Of a stretch of 64,000 nucleotides of DNA, positions 30,811 to 40,510 are shown piece after piece. The translations under genes and the position numbers were made by a program. This stretch comes from a virus. The stretch covers positions 32,001 through 96,000 of IMG/VR virus record IMGVR_UViG_3300032294_002710. One strand, written 5' to 3'. A model generated the notes under the pieces. That model had not been told where the DNA came from and did not search any database. It worked only from the letters and a program-made list of their open reading frames with translations. Within the stretch, counting starts at the first letter, position 1. Each line of letters opens with the position of its first letter.

Positions 30811-31905
30811 TTAAAAATTTTCTTTTATTTCTTGTAATAATTCTTCAAACGATGAGAATTTCATATCATATTCATTTTCTCCATCACCATATGGTCCAGA
30901 ATGACTCTCAGATCTTTTGACAAGTATTTCTTCTAAATCATTGAAGTCTATATTCCAATCTTCGTGAAATCCTTCTGAATATCCACTGGCACCAAAACCA
31001 ATATGAATTGTGTTATTTTCTTCATTGTATTCATAATCTAACCATTTTCCCCAACTCTCATCACTTTCCTCGTTGAGCTTTTTGGATATTTCATCCAGTT
31101 CATAGAAGAAATTTAAAAGAGTATCATCGTACCATTCATAAACTCTTTCAAATTGTTTATCATATGCGTATTTTTTTAACTCCATTACTTTACCAACATA
31201 TCCGTTTCTTCTCAATAATTTGAATACTAAGTTGCCGGTCGAATACTCACCACCTTCTTCTAATCCTGATTGTCTAGATTTTTTTATTTTCTTCCAGATT
31301 TTATCAATTTTTTCCTTAAATGCAGAATATTTATCTTCATCTACCTGAGATTCAATCTCGTCTACAACGTCCATTATTGCAGTTGCCTTTTTGGCTAGAA
31401 CTTCTTCATCTGGTACAAATTCTACTTTTTCTGGTTTCTTAATCCATTTATTTTTCATTAATGAAAATACACCACCCATTCTACCAGTTGATATACCTTC
31501 TTTAAGACTCTTAACATCTTGAAGAGCTACTTCAACTTCATATCCCTTTAGTGTGATATCGTGTTGCATATTCCATTGTTTTTTGGCATAATCGCAAAGT
31601 TTTTCTACAAGCTCTTCATTTTCATCTATTTCTTTATAATCAATAATTATATGTAGGTCATAGTCAGAATATTTTTCGGACCAGTTGTAATTACAAAGAG
31701 ATCCGCAGAATGCGATGTCTTTAACTTCACAGTTTAGTTCAACAGACTCAAAAAAATCTCTACCAATTTGAAGAAGATCTTCTCTTACTTTTGAGTCAAT
31801 TTCAAAATTGTCCCAAATTTTTGGATTTAGATCATCTTTTAAATAAAATGATTTAATTGGCTCAAGATCTTTTTGTTGAAATTCTTCAAATTTTTTGAAT
31901 CTCAT
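30811..31905 (-). CDS. Pol-beta-superfamily nucleotidyltransferase
   Basis: GSLCNYNWSEKYSDYDLHI (GS...DxD), with a third acidic residue in EVEV. Confidence 0.8.
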   Translation of the reverse strand: MRFKKFEEFQQKDLEPIKSFYLKDDLNPKIWDNFEIDSKVREDLLQIGRDFFESVELNCEVKDIAFCGSLCNYNWSEKYSDYDLHIIIDYKEIDENEELVEKLCDYAKKQWNMQHDITLKGYEVEVALQDVKSLKEGISTGRMGGVFSLMKNKWIKKPEKVEFVPDEEVLAKKATAIMDVVDEIESQVDEDKYSAFKEKIDKIWKKIKKSRQSGLEEGGEYSTGNLVFKLLRRNGYVGKVMELKKYAYDKQFERVYEWYDDTLLNFFYELDEISKKLNEESDESWGKWLDYEYNEENNTIHIGFGASGYSEGFHEDWNIDFNDLEEILVKRSESHSGPYGDGENEYDMKFSSFEELLQEIKENF

Positions 31906-31984
31906 TATCGCAGTTCATTTTTTTATATATATTAAAAATCACTTCTGAAATTATAAGTGAATAGTTAAAAACAAAAAACTAAAA

Positions 31985-33301
31985 GTGGATTATAATAATA
32001 TTGAAATGAGTAAATTAGTTACATTAAACGGACAAGATAATAATGTTTTAGAGGAGATTCTAAATAATGATATAATCATTTATGAAGATGTTCAAGGTTC
32101 TAAAATTTGGGTTAACTGGAATGGCCAGGCTTTTATAATAAAGCCTAAGTCAATCTCAAATGAAGCGATCAACTTGGTTGATTTAGCTATGCAGAATTAT
32201 TATAATTCTTCAATTAAATACTTCAATACATTTGATAATAGAATTCGTGGATTGATGCCTAAGAACTGGTGGTTTTGTTTTGAGTATTTTCCGGATAATC
32301 AACCAGCTAATATTGAATATAATAGAGTTCCAAAAAACGGATTAGTTTTAGCTTCTATCTGTAAAAATGGAAAGTATGAATATGAAATAGATGAATTAAG
32401 AGAGTATTCTAATTTGTTTGGTGTGGATTGTTTACCTGTAATATTTGAAGGTAAACTTTCGGATCAGATGAAAGAGGCAATAAAATATTTTTTAAATACA
32501 TCTGAGAAAGATTTAGAATATGTTTTCGGTGAAAAGTCGTTTTCATTTTTCTTCTATAAAATATTAAATCCGGTTGTTGAGAATTCTTTTTTGATGGATA
32601 ATGATTTTCAAAAGAATTTACAAAAAATAGTAATAAAGACTAAAAATTCAACTTCTACATTTGAAATATTAAATCCTTTGTATCAAAGAATTAGTTCTGA
32701 AAATTCTACAGAATTTATTGAGATCTATACTCTTATTTTAATAAACTTTTTAAACTTTTGTCAATCTTTAAATATTGATCAATTGAAAATTAAAGGAAAT
32801 AGAAAAGATGAGGCCTATCTGTATCTAATTTGTAAACTATTTAATACTTACATTTCAGAAGTTAAAAATGATATTGTAAATTTTGATTTTGTAGTTCCTG
32901 AGTTTTTTGACAAAGAAAAGTTCAAGATTAACAAAGAATTGATACCAAATAAACTTACAAATGATATTATATCTGAAAACGATAAACTCGAATATACATT
33001 CAAAGTTATTTTGGGATCTTTTAATAAAAAGAGAAAAAAGGCTATTGGTATTTTTACTGACAACACAATCATATTATTTAATGGTTTTGTAGATAAAATA
33101 GATCATATAATAGATTCACATTTAAATAAATTAAGAGAAATTGACTTAACGAGAGGTGGATTGCTAGATTTTGGTGACTTTTTTGAAATAAAGTATGATC
33201 AAGATGCTGATGGTCAGGTTTATCCAGATGTCTATGATACCTTTGAGAAGGAACCAGTTTCAACTAAGAAGAAAGGTGGTAAATTTTCTTTAAAAAAGTA
33301 A
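31985..33301 (+). CDS. RNA-ligase-fold protein with degenerate adenylation motif
   Basis: IYEDVQGS in place of EKxDGS; FEYF, LPVIFEG and KIVIK resemble later ligase motifs. Confidence 0.5.
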   Translation: MDYNNIEMSKLVTLNGQDNNVLEEILNNDIIIYEDVQGSKIWVNWNGQAFIIKPKSISNEAINLVDLAMQNYYNSSIKYFNTFDNRIRGLMPKNWWFCFEYFPDNQPANIEYNRVPKNGLVLASICKNGKYEYEIDELREYSNLFGVDCLPVIFEGKLSDQMKEAIKYFLNTSEKDLEYVFGEKSFSFFFYKILNPVVENSFLMDNDFQKNLQKIVIKTKNSTSTFEILNPLYQRISSENSTEFIEIYTLILINFLNFCQSLNIDQLKIKGNRKDEAYLYLICKLFNTYISEVKNDIVNFDFVVPEFFDKEKFKINKELIPNKLTNDIISENDKLEYTFKVILGSFNKKRKKAIGIFTDNTIILFNGFVDKIDHIIDSHLNKLREIDLTRGGLLDFGDFFEIKYDQDADGQVYPDVYDTFEKEPVSTKKKGGKFSLKK

Positions 33302-33331
33302 TCTAAATACTATTTACAGAATATAATCTGT

Positions 33332-34558
33332 ATGATTTTAGAAAAGAAAATTTCACCAAATGTAATGCTTAATGTTTCACCTCGTGGTAGAAAAAAATCT
33401 CTACAGTTTTTACCAGAATGCTTAATAGAATTGTCTACACAAAAGAATTTCTTTTACAAGGAAGAAAAATTAAAATCCGCCTACATAATTGATATTATAC
33501 ATAACTTACTTTTAAAGTACTACTTTAAAAAAGAGAACTCATTTACACTTTCCTCCGTTATTTTGAAGGATAAATATGGATATCTTTACAATTATTATAT
33601 TGATTTCTTAAAGGAAAAAGATATAATCAAAATGCAAAAGAACTATCTAAAGGGTTCTAACTCAAGAATATACTCAATTAACGAGTCGATAATTAATGGT
33701 AAAATATTGAGATATTCTAACGATGACAAGGTTCTAATTAAGAAATATATTACAAAACATTTACAATTTGAACTAGATAGAAACTCTATAATTGATAGAA
33801 CAATTAAGAAAAAATTGATTTCGGATCTTTATTCCGTTCAAATTCAATTTGAGAGATCGATATTCTACTTAGATTCTCTAAAAAATGAAGATATTGATAT
33901 CTATAATAGAAATAAGTATTCTGTTGAATCAATAAATGATAAACATATTTTTTATCACTTTGACTCTTATGGTAGAATGCATACAAATTTTACAATTTTA
34001 AAATCGTTTATAAGAAAAAATTGCCTACTTATTGACGGTGAGGAGACATTTGAAATTGATATTCAGAATAGTCAACCTTTATTTTTATCAAAATTAATTG
34101 AGGAATCTGATTCAAGATGGATAAATGAGGATGAGTTTAGATTATTTTCTATACTTGTTCAATCCGGAAATTACTATCAATATTTAATTGATAATTTATT
34201 TTTAAAAGATAAATCACAGGCTAAGGACTTAACATATAAGGTTTTATTTGGTCAAAATAGAGTAAATTCGAAATCAGATAAATTGTTTTCTAAGCTATTT
34301 CCAACTATACATAACTTTATCAAGTTATATAAAGGTGAAAAAAAAGATTATAAAATATTAGCTCACGACTTGCAAAAAGCTGAATCTAATTTAGTGTTTA
34401 ATAAAATAATTAGGAAGATAATGAAACACGATTCTAATATAAAGCTTATAACTGTTCATGATTCCATAATTGCGCCTAGAAAATATAAAGATACTATTTC
34501 AGAAATATTCTTTAATGAGATATTTGAACACTTTAATAATAAAGTAAGTGTTAAATAA
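33332..34558 (+). CDS. Compact family-A/T7-RNAP-superfamily polymerase-like protein
   Basis: YGRMHT, DIQNSQP (motif A), K.LTYKVLFG (motif B), LQKAES, TVHDSI (motif C). Confidence 0.65.
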   Translation: MILEKKISPNVMLNVSPRGRKKSLQFLPECLIELSTQKNFFYKEEKLKSAYIIDIIHNLLLKYYFKKENSFTLSSVILKDKYGYLYNYYIDFLKEKDIIKMQKNYLKGSNSRIYSINESIINGKILRYSNDDKVLIKKYITKHLQFELDRNSIIDRTIKKKLISDLYSVQIQFERSIFYLDSLKNEDIDIYNRNKYSVESINDKHIFYHFDSYGRMHTNFTILKSFIRKNCLLIDGEETFEIDIQNSQPLFLSKLIEESDSRWINEDEFRLFSILVQSGNYYQYLIDNLFLKDKSQAKDLTYKVLFGQNRVNSKSDKLFSKLFPTIHNFIKLYKGEKKDYKILAHDLQKAESNLVFNKIIRKIMKHDSNIKLITVHDSIIAPRKYKDTISEIFFNEIFEHFNNKVSVK

Positions 34559-34595
34559 ATTAACACAGTGATATTTTATAGTTAATATATACCAT

Positions 34596-35132
34596 ATGTT
34601 AGACCTCAAAAATCCAAAATTATCTTACATATTAGTTTCATCTGGTGATATTAGAACACTTACCTCATATTTGTATTCAAGAGAATACTATCTAGTAGAT
34701 ATTAAGGGTTATTATGAAGGTAAGTTTGAAGATTCTCTATTGGCTTTTACCGAGCTTCCACCAAATGAATTAAAGAGAGATTGTTTGCATATAATGGAAT
34801 TCTTTAATCAGGATTGTGTTATAGTTAAATACAAGGATGATAACTCTGCAAAGAAGTTATTTAATGATGGTCAGGAAAAACCATTAGGTATTCTACTTTA
34901 TAATACAGATTCTAATAATAAATCTTATATACATGATGGTTTATCATTCTCATTTGTAGAACAACAACTATATTATTTTCCAAATAAAAAAGAAGATTTT
35001 AAATCTGGAATGATCGTTGAATGTTTTTCCAACAATAAGTGGATAGAGAAAAAAGTTCAAGATCCTGATGCTGAATTTTTAAAGATGTATAATTTATTGA
35101 TTAAGTATAATAAAATAAGAATACCTGTTTAA
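34596..35132 (+). CDS. Hypothetical protein
   Basis: 178-aa ORF; TAATATATA at 34583. Confidence 0.6.
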   Translation: MLDLKNPKLSYILVSSGDIRTLTSYLYSREYYLVDIKGYYEGKFEDSLLAFTELPPNELKRDCLHIMEFFNQDCVIVKYKDDNSAKKLFNDGQEKPLGILLYNTDSNNKSYIHDGLSFSFVEQQLYYFPNKKEDFKSGMIVECFSNNKWIEKKVQDPDAEFLKMYNLLIKYNKIRIPV

Positions 35133-36010
35133 AAACAGGTTAGGTATCTATCTCCTCTATCACAGAGTATTGTTACTACTACACCTTCGGGATTGAATTC
35201 CTCTACAAATTTTTCAGCTGCTATTAAATTAGCGCCACTTGATATCCCAACAAATAATCCATTTTCAGATGCCAATCTTTTAGCTCTACATATTGAGTCA
35301 CTTGTTGATACTGTATAGATTTTATCTACCAATTTAAGATCAACTAAAAACTTAGATCCATCTCCTATGCCTTGTATACCATGTAATCCAGGACATCCAC
35401 CGGACATAACTGGTGATTCTGATGGTTCTACTGCTATTATTTTCACACCTTTTAAACTTTCTGAAAATCTTTTTTGACAACCCATTATTGTACCACCGGT
35501 GCCCGTTCCACTAATGAAAGCTTCTAATTTTTGTTCTGATGTTTGATTTATTATCTCAATTGATGTATTTAAATAGTGAGCTTCGATATTTAATTGATTA
35601 TCAAACTGGTTAGTATTAAACCAATTATTTTCTAATGAGAGTTTGTTTCTTAATTTTATAGCGCCATCAAAATCACCCGCATCTACTTCTATCAATTCAG
35701 CCCCATAAAATTTTAGTATTTGTTTTCTTTCTTGTGACATATTACTCGGCATTATAATTTTAATTTTATAACCTCTTTCGGATGCTAACCAAGCAAGTGA
35801 TATTCCGGCATTTCCTGATGTTGCCTCTACTATAGTGTCTCCTTTTTTAAGGAGATTATTTTTTTCAGCATGATTTATAATGTTAACCGCCATTCTGTCT
35901 TTTATTGAGCCACTTGGATTCATAAACTCAGCTTTGGCCCAAATTTTATCTGTTATTTTTAACATTGGTGTATTACCAACAAGGCAGGATAGTAAAGAGT
36001 TATTTGTCAT
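35129..36010 (-). CDS. cysK: Cysteine synthase (PLP-dependent)
   Basis: VGNTP, NPSGSIKDR, EATSGNAG, GTGTGGT, HGIQGIG, GISSGAN, DRGDRY. Confidence 0.93.
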   Translation of the reverse strand: MTNNSLLSCLVGNTPMLKITDKIWAKAEFMNPSGSIKDRMAVNIINHAEKNNLLKKGDTIVEATSGNAGISLAWLASERGYKIKIIMPSNMSQERKQILKFYGAELIEVDAGDFDGAIKLRNKLSLENNWFNTNQFDNQLNIEAHYLNTSIEIINQTSEQKLEAFISGTGTGGTIMGCQKRFSESLKGVKIIAVEPSESPVMSGGCPGLHGIQGIGDGSKFLVDLKLVDKIYTVSTSDSICRAKRLASENGLFVGISSGANLIAAEKFVEEFNPEGVVVTILCDRGDRYLTCF

Positions 36011-36761
36011 ATTTGTTCTTCATTCCCATTTTTTGAGCACCGTTCTGACTATGTTTCATTATATCATCGTATGGTAGAGCAACTAACTTATTTAATAGTT
36101 CTAAATTCCTTTGGTAAGGTACAGGATCTGGTGCTCCTCTTTCATGCCATAGATGATAACAAGTTGTTGACATTTGCTCATACCAATTCAAAAATATCTT
36201 TGACTTGTGTGATTGATAGTCATCTTCACCTCCCCATCCTATGAAATCTTCACACCATCCACCAATTTTGTAGATTGCGTCTTTTCTATACATTATTATA
36301 CCACCGGCTAAACATATTTTTTGAATATCTGTCTCACCTCTTCCAGCTCTTTCTATTTTATATAATTCTTCTAATGGATAATTAACCTCATTTGGATTTA
36401 AATCTATTACTCTACTATATGGTGATACACATTCGTATTGTTCTAACAATTTTAGACCTGAAATAAACTTTTGAGGATTCATTATTAAATCACAGTCACC
36501 AAATACTATCACATCCGTAGTTGCGTGCTTAAGACCTACATTAAATGCCCAGGATTTATTGAAGGGCATTGTTGATTTAGTAAAATAATATTTTATCCCT
36601 TTTAGTGAAAAAGATGGTAGTTTAGGTGATTTATCTTGTTCTACAATTATGATCTCTATTCCTCCGAATCCTGATGCCCAATCAAGAACCCTTCTTAAAT
36701 TATGTATTCTATCATTTCTGTGTTTATATGCAATGATAAATGTGAAAAGATGTGACTTCAT
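36000..36761 (-). CDS. Glycosyltransferase (GT-A fold, galactosyltransferase-like C-terminus)
   Basis: IIVEQD, FNKSWAFNVG, DCD, GWGGEDD, HLWH. Confidence 0.85.
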   Translation of the reverse strand: MKSHLFTFIIAYKHRNDRIHNLRRVLDWASGFGGIEIIIVEQDKSPKLPSFSLKGIKYYFTKSTMPFNKSWAFNVGLKHATTDVIVFGDCDLIMNPQKFISGLKLLEQYECVSPYSRVIDLNPNEVNYPLEELYKIERAGRGETDIQKICLAGGIIMYRKDAIYKIGGWCEDFIGWGGEDDYQSHKSKIFLNWYEQMSTTCYHLWHERGAPDPVPYQRNLELLNKLVALPYDDIMKHSQNGAQKMGMKNKYDK

Positions 36762-36830
36762 TAAATAACTTTTTTTTAATTATACTTAATAATTAATTTT
36801 TTGTTTGTAAATTTTACCTATATTTGTACT

Positions 36831-37880
36831 ATGAATGTTAAAAAGACCTTTATAAATCTAACTAAATTTACCTATACACACGGTACTGAAAGACTACTTG
36901 AACACCACTTACCCACTGGGTTTGAAAAAGACAAGTTTGATAACTATTTTATCAAAATTGGAGAGAGTGAAACAATGTTCACCTGTCACCTCGACACCGC
37001 AACATCTAAGTTTGAAAAAGTAAAACATGTATTTGAAAATAACTTCATAAAAACCGATGGTTCTACAATATTAGGTGCAGACGATAAAGCAGGAATGACT
37101 ATTATGTTATCTATGATTGATAAAGAGGTTCCTGGACTATATTATTTTTTCTTGGGAGAAGAAGTTGGATGTATTGGATCTGGTAATGCTTCTAAGTTAG
37201 ATTTTTCAAAATATAAAAGATGTATATCATTTGATAGAAGAGGATATGGATCAGTTATTACACACCAATTAAGAGGTCGTTGTTGTTCACAAGAATTTGC
37301 AAATAAATTAAGTGATAAACTTACAGATCTTGGTCTCACTTACCAACCAGATTCTACCGGTATTGTTACTGACTCCGCAATGTTTGTCGAACAAATACCA
37401 GAATGTACAAATTTATCAGTTGGATATTTTAATGAACACACACGAAAAGAATCACAAGATATCTCATATTTGAAAAAACTATGTCAGATATGTATTGAAC
37501 TTGATTGGGAGAACTTACCAACTGTTAGAGATCCAAAACTTTATGATATAAGACAATATGGCCCGGCTGATGAAGAAGAATATGAGTATGATTCGGGTAT
37601 TGAGTCTGCTAAATTGAAAGTTTGGATAGATGATGCACTTTATTTGGTAAAGTTAAATCAGTCTCGAGTTATTGAAGAGAGAAGTTTAATACATGATTGG
37701 ATATATAGAACCGGATCTTATACAGGATTTAGATCTGTAAATTGGAATGGTAAAGATTTTTATTTAGAGTACGATACCCACCAAGAATATGTTTGTGATA
37801 GAGATGAATTAATACTTGTTATTGATAAGTTAAATTATATACCGGTAGAAGATATGAATATCCTAAAGAAGATAAAATAA
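36831..37880 (+). CDS. M20/M28-type zinc peptidase, paralog of 19538
   Basis: CHLDT, LGADDKAG, GEEVG, SFDRR, TDSA. Start moved to ATG 36831, just after TATATTTG at 36819. Confidence 0.82.
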   Translation: MNVKKTFINLTKFTYTHGTERLLEHHLPTGFEKDKFDNYFIKIGESETMFTCHLDTATSKFEKVKHVFENNFIKTDGSTILGADDKAGMTIMLSMIDKEVPGLYYFFLGEEVGCIGSGNASKLDFSKYKRCISFDRRGYGSVITHQLRGRCCSQEFANKLSDKLTDLGLTYQPDSTGIVTDSAMFVEQIPECTNLSVGYFNEHTRKESQDISYLKKLCQICIELDWENLPTVRDPKLYDIRQYGPADEEEYEYDSGIESAKLKVWIDDALYLVKLNQSRVIEERSLIHDWIYRTGSYTGFRSVNWNGKDFYLEYDTHQEYVCDRDELILVIDKLNYIPVEDMNILKKIK

Positions 37881-37903
37881 AAAAAGACCCTTTCGGGTCT
37901 TTT
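37879..37903. terminator. Bidirectional intrinsic terminator
   Basis: aaaaagaccc-tttc-gggtctttt. Confidence 0.85.
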
Positions 37904-37907
37904 TAAT

Positions 37908-38090
37908 TTATCCGAGAATTATTCCAGGATTTTTATACTCTTTTTGAGTGGCTATTTCCAACATTTGAGTAGAACTTAACTCTTTAGGATTCCATCCCTT
38001 TTTCTTAGAGTACTCAGCGATGAACTTCTCTCTTAATAGTAAAACTTCATCTTCTGATAAAACACTTTTCTTTACATCGTTTTCTAACAT
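37908..38090 (-). CDS. Small hypothetical protein
   Basis: 60-aa ORF filling the gap between terminator and divergent promoter. Confidence 0.6.
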   Translation of the reverse strand: MLENDVKKSVLSEDEVLLLREKFIAEYSKKKGWNPKELSSTQMLEIATQKEYKNPGIILG

Positions 38091-38137
38091 AGTATTGAAT
38101 TTTTGTTTTTATATATAAAAATTCTTATATTTGTATT

Positions 38138-38656
38138 ATGTTAATCAAGGTAAAAGGCATATTAGAGTTTAGCCCTGAGGATGTTACTAAAAAGCACAAG
38201 AACCAATCCTCTTGGAAGCGTGTCGCTATGATTCGTACAGATTGTGACATGGATCGATACTATGCTTGGTTTCTAAGGAAAAGATTCAACCTTGAATTGA
38301 ACAAGAATTTGAGAGGATCTCACGTTACTTTCATCTCTGACAAATTAGAAAAGTCTATTTTTGACGAGGCTTCAAGAATATTTAACGGTAAGGAGATTGA
38401 TTTCTATATTGAAACTGAACCAAGAAGTAATGGAGAGCACTGGTGGTTGAGAGTTCACTGTCCAGATGCTGAGAGTATCCGAGAAGCTCTTGGATTATCA
38501 AGAGATCCATACTTTGGATTGCACTTAACTATTGGTCACGCTAATGAAAGAAATATCGAGCACTCTGAATACATTGTTAGACAATGTAAGATGTTTGAGT
38601 TGATTTCAAATGAACCAAGAAAATCATTTAACGAACATGATATTAAAGAGTTCTAA
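38138..38656 (+). CDS. 2H phosphoesterase-superfamily protein
   Basis: Two HxT motifs, SHVTF and LHLTI. Confidence 0.65.
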   Translation: MLIKVKGILEFSPEDVTKKHKNQSSWKRVAMIRTDCDMDRYYAWFLRKRFNLELNKNLRGSHVTFISDKLEKSIFDEASRIFNGKEIDFYIETEPRSNGEHWWLRVHCPDAESIREALGLSRDPYFGLHLTIGHANERNIEHSEYIVRQCKMFELISNEPRKSFNEHDIKEF

Positions 38657-39002
38657 ACCTAACATCTTTGGTACTAAGATTAGTACTATAAATGCGAGGC
38701 TCGTTGCTAATCAAAATATTAGTACCGATGATGTTACTAAAATTAATAATCTCCATAAGTTGAGAAATTGTTATCTCTCTCTTATGGAGATTAATGATGA
38801 TAAAGATGATTTGAAATACCTGTCTGGTATAATTACTCAAATTGATTTTCAATTGCAAAAACTTTGGAAATTTAAAGAAGATTCTCTTTATCACAGATTT
38901 TGGGAACTTCCTAAGTGTGAATGTCCTAAGTCGGACAATCGTGATGTCTATGGTACAGGTCATAGATATATCAATCCGAATTGTAAATTACACGGTGACT
39001 AA
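38610..39002 (+). CDS. Conserved phage hypothetical protein, Cys/His-rich C-terminus
   Basis: HRFWELPKCECPKSDN...CKLHG; true start may be 38637. Confidence 0.6.
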   Translation: MNQENHLTNMILKSSKPNIFGTKISTINARLVANQNISTDDVTKINNLHKLRNCYLSLMEINDDKDDLKYLSGIITQIDFQLQKLWKFKEDSLYHRFWELPKCECPKSDNRDVYGTGHRYINPNCKLHGD

Positions 39003-39064
39003 ATTATCCTAAACATTAAAACAATTTCTGGGGTTTTCTGTATAACCTTTAGTAAAATAAAGTT

Positions 39065-39874
39065 ATGCCAGAAGCTCCAGAAATTCGTATTATGTCTGAT
39101 TTTATAAATCAGAATTCTAAAAATTTTAGATTTAAAAAACTTTTTCACGTAGAAAAGGGAAATAATCCTATTGACTCCAATTATGATCAGTATAATGTTT
39201 CTGCTGATTTTTATGGAAAACAACTTCAATTAAATTTTTATAATCGACTTGGTGAATCTATGAATATTTCGGTATTCATGGGTATGTCGGGAAATTGGAA
39301 ATTAGTATCAACCGAGTCTTGGTCTGATACTAAATTTACTCGTATGCGTCTTGATAGAGAAGATGGTATGAGTCTTCTTTTGTATGGTGGGTATATGGGT
39401 CCAAAGTATAAAATAGGTGGTTTCAATACAAAAAGGGGATTTGATATCGTAAAAGATTTTGATAAGTTTAAGAGTAATGTTTTAGATAACCTATCTACCA
39501 AAGTATTTGATAAACCTATTTGTGAAATGCTTTTAGACCAACGATACTTTGACGGTGTTGGTAATTATATAAGAAGTACAATACTTTATTATTTAGATGT
39601 TAATCCATTTGAATCAGCCAGATCTGTTATTAAAAACAATCCACGCATTTTTGATATGTGTAAGGAGGTTATTGAAAAATCTTACAGTTTAAATGGTGGT
39701 CAGTTAAGAGATTGGCAGAATCCAAATCCAAATTTAAGCTCTACTGAATTTCTTGATTGGGTTTTTTATCAAAAAGGAATTTCTTGTGAAGATAAGACTG
39801 GAAGAACATTCTGGTTTAGTGAAAAATGGGCAGATGAGTGTCCATATAAAATCAAACAACTATTATGGAATTAA
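39065..39874 (+). CDS. nei: Fpg/Nei DNA glycosylase, NEIL1-like
   Basis: N-terminal MPEAPE, GMSG, H2TH motif LLDQRYFDGVGNY, and zincless-finger-like DKTGRTFWF. Confidence 0.88.
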   Translation: MPEAPEIRIMSDFINQNSKNFRFKKLFHVEKGNNPIDSNYDQYNVSADFYGKQLQLNFYNRLGESMNISVFMGMSGNWKLVSTESWSDTKFTRMRLDREDGMSLLLYGGYMGPKYKIGGFNTKRGFDIVKDFDKFKSNVLDNLSTKVFDKPICEMLLDQRYFDGVGNYIRSTILYYLDVNPFESARSVIKNNPRIFDMCKEVIEKSYSLNGGQLRDWQNPNPNLSSTEFLDWVFYQKGISCEDKTGRTFWFSEKWADECPYKIKQLLWN

Positions 39875-40320
39875 TAACAACTTACATTTGTAAAAAAGGT
39901 GATATTGGTGTGCATGACAATATGTTTGGTGGTACATTAATGTCACTAATTGATGATGCTGCGGCTTCTTATGCGGCTCAAATATGTGATACACCAAGAA
40001 TTGTTACTATTAAAATTGATGAATTAGTTTTTAAAAGACCAGTTAAGGTCGGTAGTTTAATTAAAATCTATGGAAAGGTTGTAGAGTTTGGTAGAACTTC
40101 TGTTTCTTTATATATCGAGGTTAGGAAACATAATGTTTATACTGGAGAACAAGAAGTTGTGACACATACAAATATAAAATTTGTTCGCATAGACGAAGAA
40201 GGAAATTCTATTCCTATTTCTGAAAGAGTTAAGGTTAGATATTCTGATAGAGTTAAACAATTTGGTAAAGGACTTATTTCAAATGAAGAAAAAAATTGTT
40301 TAAATGAAATCACAAATTAA
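39865..40320 (+). CDS. Acyl-CoA thioesterase (hotdog fold)
   Basis: NMFGGTLMSLIDDAA, FKRPVKVG, GRTSV, FVRID. Confidence 0.88.
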   Translation: MELITTYICKKGDIGVHDNMFGGTLMSLIDDAAASYAAQICDTPRIVTIKIDELVFKRPVKVGSLIKIYGKVVEFGRTSVSLYIEVRKHNVYTGEQEVVTHTNIKFVRIDEEGNSIPISERVKVRYSDRVKQFGKGLISNEEKNCLNEITN

Positions 40321-40510
40321 TAAAAAAAATGTTCAAAATATTGGTGAACATTATGGATTAGATATTGAGGCAGAATTAACATCAATGCTATCTGATGAAT
40401 TGGCTAAATCAATAGATGCTGAAATTATGAAGAATCTATTTGGTAGTGATAAGAAGAAGGATAAAATTAATAGAATATTAGAAAAAATTAAAAAATTTGA
40501 AAATGATTAA
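40304..40510 (+). CDS. Mini-protein resembling the capsid spine helix
   Basis: HYGLDIEAELTSMLSDELAKSIDAEI resembles capsid NTGMDIVQKMESILVNELSQTISRQI and the T4 gp23 HGMDADAEL..IL..EI motif. Confidence 0.6.
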   Translation: MKSQINKKNVQNIGEHYGLDIEAELTSMLSDELAKSIDAEIMKNLFGSDKKKDKINRILEKIKKFEND

